64,000 nucleotides of DNA, taken from assembly GCA_024244645.1 (NCBI GenBank), contig JAAEOH010000065.1, positions 5,882 through 69,881 on the forward strand, read 5' to 3'. This stretch comes from Hyphomicrobiales bacterium. Its GTDB lineage: Bacteria > Pseudomonadota > Alphaproteobacteria > Rhizobiales > Rhizobiaceae. Position numbers and translations under genes: made by a program. Below are positions 29,863 through 37,160 of this stretch, one piece after another; the stretch's first letter is position 1; every line of letters begins with the position of its first letter. A model generated the notes under the pieces. It did not search any database. It was given only the letters and a program-made list of their open reading frames with translations, and was not told the origin of the DNA.

Positions 29863-30800
29863 GCGCTGTCCTCTTCCGTCACGAGTTGAATGAAGACATC
29901 CTCCAAACTGGTTTCCACGGCACGCATCTCATTCAGTTGCCAGTTGTTGCTCACGACGACGGGCAGGATGCTTTGTTCGCCATCCGCCCCCCTCGCCATC
30001 TCAACGACAAATTCGTTGCAGCCGTTGGCCGCCGGTGTCGACTCGACTTTTCTTACCCCCTTGATCTCGCCGAGCGCCTTGGCGATCTGATCCAGATCAC
30101 CGGTGATCCGAAGAAAGAGCCTCGACGAGTCGCGCAGGTTGGCGGTCAAGTTGTCAGGCTTGTCCACCACAACCAGCTTGCCTTTGTTGATAATGACCAC
30201 CCGTTCGCACACCATGCTCACTTCGGGCAGGATATGAGTGCTGAGCACGATAGTGCGCTGCCCCGCCAGCTCGGTGATCAATTTGCGAATCTCCTTGATC
30301 TGCCTGGGATCGAGGCCGTTGGTGGGTTCGTCGAGAATAAGGATCTCTGGGTCGTTGACCAACGCTTGCGCCAATCCCACCCGCTGCCTGTAGCCCTTGG
30401 AAAGTTCGCCGATCGGCCGGCCGACAACCGCATCGAGGCCGCAATCGCCCATCGTTCTGGTCACGGTTTGCTTGACCGCCTTACTCTCCACGCCCTTTAC
30501 GCCGGCAACAAAGGCCAGGTAATCGTCGACAACCATGTCCCTGTAAAGAGGCACGCTTTCAGGCAGATAGCCGATCCGTTTGCGGACTTCGAAGGAATTC
30601 TCAAAGCAGTCGTAGCCAGCGACAACGGCCTTTCCAGAAGTGGCAGGAAAGAAACAGGTGAGGATGCGCATGGTGGTGGTTTTTCCAGCGCCGTTGGGGC
30701 CGAGAAACCCGATGGTCTCGCCTTTTTGCGCCGAAAAGGTTATGCCGTCGATGCCAAGATGCGAACCGTAGCTCTTGGTCAGGTTTTCTACTTCGATCAT
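29859..30800 (-). CDS. ABC ATPase (GldA-like)
   Basis: GPNGAGKTT, LSKGYRQR, ILDEPT. Confidence 0.93.
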   Translation of the reverse strand: MIEVENLTKSYGSHLGIDGITFSAQKGETIGFLGPNGAGKTTTMRILTCFFPATSGKAVVAGYDCFENSFEVRKRIGYLPESVPLYRDMVVDDYLAFVAGVKGVESKAVKQTVTRTMGDCGLDAVVGRPIGELSKGYRQRVGLAQALVNDPEILILDEPTNGLDPRQIKEIRKLITELAGQRTIVLSTHILPEVSMVCERVVIINKGKLVVVDKPDNLTANLRDSSRLFLRITGDLDQIAKALGEIKGVRKVESTPAANGCNEFVVEMARGADGEQSILPVVVSNNWQLNEMRAVETSLEDVFIQLVTEEDSA

Positions 30801-31342
30801 GATCGCTTGTCACTCGTTCCGAGATCGTAGCGTCTGTAGGAGCCCGGTGCGCGCGTGTTCTTGAGCGCGTCTTCGATCGGTCTCTGTTCAACCGGCGTCG
30901 CCAGCAGATCGATCAGTGCCTGATCCCTGTTGAGAAGCTTTCGCAGATCTTCTTCCGGCCAATCGCTCTCCCAATTGCCGATCAAAGCGTTCCAGGCTTG
31001 GGTAATGGCAACGATTTCCGCATCGCTGAACTGCCGAAGATTGAGGTCCTTGTTCCGGGCGTTGGTAATTTCCGTATACTTTTTCATAAAGTGCGTCACG
31101 ACAATAAAAGGCGGACCGCAGCGTGAACAGTACTTGAGCATTTTTTCTTCGCTGTGACAGGTCGAGCATCGTTCATAGGCGAGCGCAACCGCCTCGTCCG
31201 GGGTATAGACGATATATCCCAACGCCTTGGCTTCCTTGATGAATTCCCTGCCAACGGGATTGGGAACCAAGAAAATCAAGGCAAGGACGCCCAGAAAGAC
31301 AACAGGCGATGCCGCCGTGATAATCCAGCACTTCCTCATCAC
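30797..31342 (-). CDS. Membrane-anchored cytochrome c
   Basis: N-terminal TM, CSTCH followed by CSRC. Confidence 0.75.
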   Translation of the reverse strand: MMRKCWIITAASPVVFLGVLALIFLVPNPVGREFIKEAKALGYIVYTPDEAVALAYERCSTCHSEEKMLKYCSRCGPPFIVVTHFMKKYTEITNARNKDLNLRQFSDAEIVAITQAWNALIGNWESDWPEEDLRKLLNRDQALIDLLATPVEQRPIEDALKNTRAPGSYRRYDLGTSDKRS

Positions 31343-31485
31343 CTGATACCTTCAGCTTGTACAAAGAGATGGTCAGTCGCGCTGCAGCTTCTGGTTCCCT
31401 TTTTTGCCTGTCGCACTCCAATGGCTGCTGCGAGCATGCACCCTTTCTCCTGCCGAAACTTCCGGCAGCGATCAGTTTCCCGGTT

Positions 31486-32430
31486 TCAAAATCCCTTCTT
31501 GACCTTTGCATCGACTTCTTCAGGCTGCTTGCGCAAGCCGCCTCTAACGTAACCACCGCCCTTAAGCGCGCCTTCGCCACGCCCGGCTAGCGATAATTCG
31601 GTTTCCTCCTGGGCATCGTTGAAGTCGTCACTCTGGTTCGCCGTCAATGCATCAATATCGCCGGCAATCGGTTTGAAAGTCGTTTTCGGGTTCAGATATT
31701 CCTCGACTGTCTTCGGCGGTTTGGTGTCCGCCATCATCCGAATCCAGGCGACGACGTTCCAAATGTCCTGATCCTGCAGCAAATTGCCCCAAGCCGGCAT
31801 CGACGAAGACAGGTAGACTTCTTCACCACCGCCTTTGATCACTGTGAACAGCTGCAGATTAGACTTCTTGTTCATGTAGTCACCGTCGGTCAGGATACGC
31901 GGACGCGGCTCGATCTCCGAAGCGCTCGGCCCATCACCCTGCAAGCCCCAGCCGTGGCAGGCGATGCAATAGACGTAGTACCACTGTTTACCTTCATTGG
32001 GATCCGCACCCGGGACCAAGGTGGTTTTGAACGCCGGGGACCAATTGTTGGTCCATTGGTTGTAGACCGATTCACCCTCAGCCGGTTTTTCGACACGGTC
32101 CCACAATTCGGTTTTGCCGCCCTTACCTCCGTAGCCACTATCGCCCCGCGAGGGGGTGGTACCCTCGGTCCTTTTGCCGACGCCGGTCAAATAGTCGAAA
32201 GGAGCGACGCCATAGGTACTACCGGACACGCCCGAACTCATCAGCTCGGCTTCATCATCATAGGCCGCCGCGGCCGCTTCCAGTTCTGCTTCGGTGCGAA
32301 CCGGGCACACCACTTTGGTGCCGTCATAAAGCCTGCACCTTTCGGTCTCCGCGAACGATCCCGAATATGTCGACGCCGCAATTGCGGCACCCAACGCCAC
32401 CGCCCATTTGATCCTATTTTTTTGCTGCAT
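31486..32430 (-). CDS. Periplasmic monoheme cytochrome c with a long N-terminal extension
   Basis: CIACH, MPAWG; first 29 aa identical to the NosZ-like protein. Confidence 0.88.
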   Translation of the reverse strand: MQQKNRIKWAVALGAAIAASTYSGSFAETERCRLYDGTKVVCPVRTEAELEAAAAAYDDEAELMSSGVSGSTYGVAPFDYLTGVGKRTEGTTPSRGDSGYGGKGGKTELWDRVEKPAEGESVYNQWTNNWSPAFKTTLVPGADPNEGKQWYYVYCIACHGWGLQGDGPSASEIEPRPRILTDGDYMNKKSNLQLFTVIKGGGEEVYLSSSMPAWGNLLQDQDIWNVVAWIRMMADTKPPKTVEEYLNPKTTFKPIAGDIDALTANQSDDFNDAQEETELSLAGRGEGALKGGGYVRGGLRKQPEEVDAKVKKGF

Positions 32431-32672
32431 TCTTTAGTTCTCCCTGTATATCACGATCAGCTTCCAGAATTGGTCAGCTGGCTCGCCGTTTGGCTAATCA
32501 AGGGCAGCGGGATTTGGTGCATGGACGCACTTCCCACTATAGCTAGAACGATTGTCAGCATAATTCTGTTTTCAGCCGAGCAACTTGACTTAAATCAATC
32601 CACGCCTCACGCGTGCTCTCGCGCGACGCTATGTCGCATGGACCACGGTCATCCGCGATACCAACGAGCAGC
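32345..32672 (-). repeat. Direct repeat copy 1 (promoter + RBS + signal-peptide codons)
   Basis: 328 bp, 3 mismatches seen versus 38827-39154. Confidence 0.95.
32585..32598. promoter_or_regulatory. FNR-type box
   Basis: TTGAC-TTAA-ATCAA; TATGCT -10 on the minus strand (32562-32557) at class II spacing. Confidence 0.7.
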
Positions 32673-32764
32673 GCTATAAAGAGTAGGCACGGCAAGACAA
32701 CTTCACGATTTACGTTAGCTTATCGCAGGCCCATTGGACTTCGCGGGTGATCAGGACGCGAGAC

Positions 32765-33781
32765 CTATTTCAGCCACAGCTCCAGAATATCTTCGCCATG
32801 CAGTTTGTTGAGTGTGTTCTGCGAAATATCAGTGAACCAGATGTCGCCATTACAACCTACCGCGATGTCGTTTGGCTCTGTTTTTCCCAGCGCAACCTTT
32901 ACCTCCAGGAGTCTCCTGGAAACCGGGTTCATGGCTCCAAGCTTGCCTACATGGCCTAGCGTAAACAGGACATTTCCAAGCTGATCGATGTCCAATCCCT
33001 CGACGACACCCCGGACGGGGAGAACAAAGCCCTCAAATTGCCGCTTCGAAGGGTTGAACATCATCAATTTGGCGTTTCTGCGGCCGCCAAACCAGATCAG
33101 CCCGTTGCGATCGATAACAATATCCTTGGGCACCAGGAACGGTTCCGGGAAGTCAAACTCCTCGAATTTTCCGCTGAACGAATCGAACGAAGCCAATTTA
33201 TTCCCTTGGGATTCGATGAACCATATGATGCCCTTAGGGCTGACCGCGAGACCTGTCGGTTGGCTGTTGGACGTGGGGATTGGATATTCCAAGAAGCTCT
33301 CGGTCAGGGGATCAAATCTTCCGAGATTGTTGCCGAAGAACTCAGTGAACCAGATAACACCGTTATTATCGCTGCCGATCCGGCGTGGAACGCTGTCGAT
33401 GGTCGGGACTTCATACTCCTTGAAAGATTTGTCGGCCGGATCGAAGCGGCCTAATTGATTGGCGTCCTGCTCGAGGAACCAAACCACACCGGCGCTGTCT
33501 ATGGTGAGGTCGGAGGGGAAGCTCCTGTGAGTCGGGATGCCGTGTTCAGTGAAGGCCTTTTTGTCTGGGTCGAATTTAGTCAGTTGGTTTGCGTTGGCTT
33601 CCAGGACCCAGATAATGCAGTTTGGGCCGATGGTGATCCTGGACGGCAACGCGTTGGGCGTCGGCACCTCATAGGTTTCGACGTTCCAGCCAAGCTCGCT
33701 GGCAGCCCCAAACGTGAAAGCAAGCAGGCTGGCGAGGGCCGCGTGAGCGATAGCTTTGCTCCTCATTGCCCGGTCCGCCAC
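32765..33781 (-). CDS. Exported Vgb (virginiamycin B lyase)-fold beta-propeller
   Basis: Signal peptide; repeated P..I....G.IWF.E...N.LGRFDP....F.EY.IP blades. Confidence 0.85.
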   Translation of the reverse strand: MADRAMRSKAIAHAALASLLAFTFGAASELGWNVETYEVPTPNALPSRITIGPNCIIWVLEANANQLTKFDPDKKAFTEHGIPTHRSFPSDLTIDSAGVVWFLEQDANQLGRFDPADKSFKEYEVPTIDSVPRRIGSDNNGVIWFTEFFGNNLGRFDPLTESFLEYPIPTSNSQPTGLAVSPKGIIWFIESQGNKLASFDSFSGKFEEFDFPEPFLVPKDIVIDRNGLIWFGGRRNAKLMMFNPSKRQFEGFVLPVRGVVEGLDIDQLGNVLFTLGHVGKLGAMNPVSRRLLEVKVALGKTEPNDIAVGCNGDIWFTDISQNTLNKLHGEDILELWLK

Positions 33782-35052
33782 CGCCGGAATATGAACAGTA
33801 CCGCAAAGAGTGATGCGCCGGAGACGATCAGTAGGGCCGCAACGGCGTAGCCTGTGAGAGAAGTCGAATATTCCTCCGGAATAGAGTCTGAAGCGGCGGT
33901 CGTTTTTACATCGACTGTGGCTGCGGCCATGGCTGCTCGTGCCTTGGTCATGGAAAGCACCCCCAACCTTTTTGCCTCGGTGCCGGTTTCAGAAAACCAA
34001 AGGCGATCACGTTTATCGTCGATTGCCATGTCTCCAGGCAGACTGGCATAGGTCGGGATGTCGAATTCCTTGAACTGCGCCGAAGCGGGATCGAAGATGC
34101 CGACTTTGTTGCCCATATACTCCAGAAACCAGATTTCGCCGCTACCACTGGCCGCGATGGCATTAGGAAGGCCTCCGGCGGTCGGAATCAATGCCTCATA
34201 AAACCTTTCCCCTTTGGGATAAAACACGCTGAGACGGTTGGTTCGCAGCTCGACAAACCAGACCCTGCCCGCTCCATCCACGGTCAGCGTTTCCGGATTA
34301 GCAAAGCGTGTTGGAATTTCATATTCGCTGAATGCGGTGCTGGCAGGAACAAACTTGCCGATCTTATTGGCGTTGGCCTCGGCAAACCAGATGGCATCGC
34401 TGCCGTCGATAGCAATCCCCTTGGGATAGCTGTGCAGCGTGGGAATCGGGTATCCTTGCAAACCGGACCCACCTGGCTCGAAGCTGTAGATCTTGTTTTC
34501 TTTAGGAGACAGAAACCAAACCAGCCCCTTTCGGTCGACTACCAGGTCATCCGGCGAAACATTTCCCTGGTTCGCACCGATCTCGCGAACCGCGTCCATA
34601 TCTGCAAGGAGATATCTCTTAAATGAGCCGGTGGCCGGGTCGAACTGACCGAGGAATCCGGTACCATCATCGGAATTGGCCCATCGACGAACACTGAACC
34701 AGACGCTTCCGCCGGGCGCAAGGGTGATGCGTGATGGCCCAACGTTGCCCCAGTCGGAAGGCAGGGGGTGAGCCTCGAACGTCTTTCTCTCGGGGTCGAA
34801 CATGACGATATTCTTCCCGACTTTCTCGGCAAACCAGACGTTTCCGCTGGGGCCCACCGCTATGGAGTGCGGGGAACTGATTGCGTCTGGGACCACGAAT
34901 TCCTGGATCACCGGATCTGTCGTCTGGGCGTCAGCCTGGCCCCCTAACGGCCCTGCGAGCAGTAAAATGCAGAAAAGCAAACCTGCCGCCCAGGGCCCCG
35001 GATCGGTCCGTGCCGCAAAAAAATGCCTCCGAAGGATGCGACAGATTCGCAT
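33763..35052 (-). CDS. Exported Vgb-fold beta-propeller with a C-terminal TM anchor
   Basis: Same blade repeats; signal peptide from ATG 35052; C-terminal hydrophobic helix followed by RRWR. Confidence 0.85.
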   Translation of the reverse strand: MRICRILRRHFFAARTDPGPWAAGLLFCILLLAGPLGGQADAQTTDPVIQEFVVPDAISSPHSIAVGPSGNVWFAEKVGKNIVMFDPERKTFEAHPLPSDWGNVGPSRITLAPGGSVWFSVRRWANSDDGTGFLGQFDPATGSFKRYLLADMDAVREIGANQGNVSPDDLVVDRKGLVWFLSPKENKIYSFEPGGSGLQGYPIPTLHSYPKGIAIDGSDAIWFAEANANKIGKFVPASTAFSEYEIPTRFANPETLTVDGAGRVWFVELRTNRLSVFYPKGERFYEALIPTAGGLPNAIAASGSGEIWFLEYMGNKVGIFDPASAQFKEFDIPTYASLPGDMAIDDKRDRLWFSETGTEAKRLGVLSMTKARAAMAAATVDVKTTAASDSIPEEYSTSLTGYAVAALLIVSGASLFAVLFIFRRWRTGQ

Positions 35053-35057
35053 GGGAT

Positions 35058-35735
35058 CTACCACGTCATCGTCGGTTCGTAGTAATGCCTCAATTGCCAG
35101 TTCGCGTCCTTGTACGATTGCGCTCCATCCGTCGCGCCGGCCCGGTAACCGCCGACGTTGATCTGTAACTGCCGGGATCCCAGATAGTATTCGGCCATAT
35201 CGGCAGGCGGCAACGCCTGCCTTACTCCCATCATCGGGTTGTGGCATGAAGCGCAACCGGTGGTCTTGGCTGGATAGCCAGTGCCGATCACGCTGGCCGT
35301 CATGCTCACCCAAATTGCCAGGGCGCCGATACCCATCAGCAACTTCACTCCAGTCGACAATCTTTTGCCGGCGGTCTTCTTGCGGCCGAAGACAAACGGC
35401 ATAGCGAGCCCCGCCAGAAGAATGCCGACAGGGGCCCAGAAAGTTCCCAGCTGCCGCCATATGGAGGCCTCGCCGGTCAGGTACCAGAACGGCTGGAAGA
35501 CGAAGATAAGGTACCACTCAGGGGCTGGAACATACTCCCCTTCGGTGGGAAGCGGCGGCATGTTGACGTCCGTCGGTACGCGATAAAAATAAGCCAAACC
35601 GATAACCAGGGCGATGGTGATGGTGCTGACGGCTACGGTCTTTAGCGCGTGGCGCGGCCAGAATCGGTGGAATTCCTGCGGATACGGTGGATCGTATTTT
35701 GGATCACGAATGAGGTCCGGTTGCTCGTCGGTCAT
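35058..35735 (-). CDS. Cytochrome b subunit IV (PetD/QcrC-like) fused to a c-heme
   Basis: FWPRH, PAPEWY, CASCH. Confidence 0.85.
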   Translation of the reverse strand: MTDEQPDLIRDPKYDPPYPQEFHRFWPRHALKTVAVSTITIALVIGLAYFYRVPTDVNMPPLPTEGEYVPAPEWYLIFVFQPFWYLTGEASIWRQLGTFWAPVGILLAGLAMPFVFGRKKTAGKRLSTGVKLLMGIGALAIWVSMTASVIGTGYPAKTTGCASCHNPMMGVRQALPPADMAEYYLGSRQLQINVGGYRAGATDGAQSYKDANWQLRHYYEPTMTW

Positions 35736-35756
35736 GCCTTGCTCTCCACACCGTTC

Positions 35757-36389
35757 CTATAATGGTTCGGATATGCCGTGCTTTTTCACCATCTTGAAAT
35801 GGAAACTGAGGAGCACGAATAGTATCAGCGGCAAAATCACGATATGCGTTATGAAGCTCCGGTAGATGGTAAAGGTGTTGAGCACGAAACGTTCCATGTA
35901 CTCGCCGATAAGTGGCCAGGTAGCGACATAGTCGACCCAGATTGCATAGGACCAATAGGCACGCCAGTCCCAGGGCAGGACAATGCCGCTGAGTACAAAC
36001 AGGAAAACCACCAGGAACTGGAGCACGCCGGAAATCCAGTTGAGTTCCCGGGGATTGTGGTACGCCTTGCGATAAAACACAGTGACCAGGTGGGTGAAAA
36101 CCGCGGCCAGTAACAGTGTCGCGCCCCACCTGTGCATGTTCCTGGCCAGCCAGCCGAGTGGGACCTCGTTGCTCATTAGATCGATACTGTTGAGGGCCTC
36201 TTTGGGATCCGGCGTATAGAAGAACAGCATGAAGACGCCAGTGATCACCTGAAGTATGATGATCAGCAGGGAAATGCCACCAAAACAGTAGAAGAAAGAA
36301 TGCGCCGGCACCGCTTGTGCCTTCTTTGCGTCAGTCCATTGCCTGATGCCGGTTCTTGCGTCCAACCAGTCATAGATTTTCGCTATCAT
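35757..36389 (-). CDS. Cytochrome b6-like (PetB/QcrB) subunit
   Basis: FYCFGG (heme ci Cys), NMHRW, THL, THIVILP, SFHF. Confidence 0.9.
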   Translation of the reverse strand: MIAKIYDWLDARTGIRQWTDAKKAQAVPAHSFFYCFGGISLLIIILQVITGVFMLFFYTPDPKEALNSIDLMSNEVPLGWLARNMHRWGATLLLAAVFTHLVTVFYRKAYHNPRELNWISGVLQFLVVFLFVLSGIVLPWDWRAYWSYAIWVDYVATWPLIGEYMERFVLNTFTIYRSFITHIVILPLILFVLLSFHFKMVKKHGISEPL

Positions 36390-36991
36390 TGGCTTTTGGC
36401 TTTACTGTTGCTCCCACCGGAAGCAGTATCCAAGATTTCCAGCTGGTTGGTTTTCGCGATGCTTTCGCGATCCTGATCGTCCGTGTCGCCCCTGAAATCG
36501 AGTTTCCAGGTATTTCTTTCCTGGTCCAGGTTCAGGTGAACCGGGGTGCGCACGGCGTAAATGCCGCCGAAACTGGATGGCATTTTATATTCAATCGTGA
36601 CGATCGCATGTTTGTCCTGGACCCTACTCTCGATGATCTCTGCCTTGAAACCGGGGGGATACCTGTTGACGATCCCGAGGAATAGGGCCTGGTCGGTTCG
36701 CGATTGGTCGCCGCTCGTTAGCTTGTAGGCTTCGTTGATCAACAGGTTACCGCCCCTGATCTTCGCCTCGGAGACATATTCGTAGAATCTCTCAACCACC
36801 GAGACAGCAGTTTCTTCGGGTAGTGGTGTTTCCTGATACCCAAAATTGATAGCAGCGAAGCCGGCACCGGCCAGCAGCAAAGCCGTGAACAAACCAAAAA
36901 AAAGAGCCTTCATGCGCAAATCTTGCAACATCTCTCGTCCGGATTTCCGCACAGTCCAAAATTCCTTGTCCTGCGGCGGTACTGCGCCCAA
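36386..36991 (-). CDS. Membrane-anchored periplasmic hypothetical protein
   Basis: Single TM helix (start may be ATG 36913); no Cys; ATGA-coupled to cytochrome b6. Confidence 0.7.
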   Translation of the reverse strand: MGAVPPQDKEFWTVRKSGREMLQDLRMKALFFGLFTALLLAGAGFAAINFGYQETPLPEETAVSVVERFYEYVSEAKIRGGNLLINEAYKLTSGDQSRTDQALFLGIVNRYPPGFKAEIIESRVQDKHAIVTIEYKMPSSFGGIYAVRTPVHLNLDQERNTWKLDFRGDTDDQDRESIAKTNQLEILDTASGGSNSKAKSQ

Positions 36992-37098
36992 GCCGGGTGC
37001 CGAGCTTGCCGCTGTCGTTTCGTTCTCCGGTGCTGGCCGGTAACGCTTAAGCCTTGCAGCGGTGAAGCGCCCCTACCGGATCTACTAGCCGTGTCGCG

Positions 37099-37120
37099 CC
37101 TCCCGTTTTGCAACGGGAGG
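37099..37120. terminator. Hairpin downstream of the nosZ-like gene
   Basis: CCTCCCGTT-TTGC-AACGGGAGG; no U-tract, so it may be a stabiliser rather than a terminator. Confidence 0.5.
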
Positions 37121-37160
37121 ATGGGACGCAGCAAGCCGTTCACGCGAGATCTCCGGCAGA

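Noticed and set aside
26520-30800. Gliding motility
   Set aside because: No other gld/spr/T9SS genes are present, and the host looks alphaproteobacterial.
32765-35052. Streptogramin resistance (vgb)
   Set aside because: The proteins are exported or anchored and sit in a respiratory operon; only the fold is shared.
35053-35517. N-terminal extension of the 584-aa propeller ORF
   Set aside because: It overlaps the subunit IV gene in another frame; the signal peptide begins at ATG 35052.
35058-36389. Photosynthetic b6f or a complete bc1 complex
   Set aside because: There is no Rieske protein, cytochrome f/c1 or photosynthesis gene.
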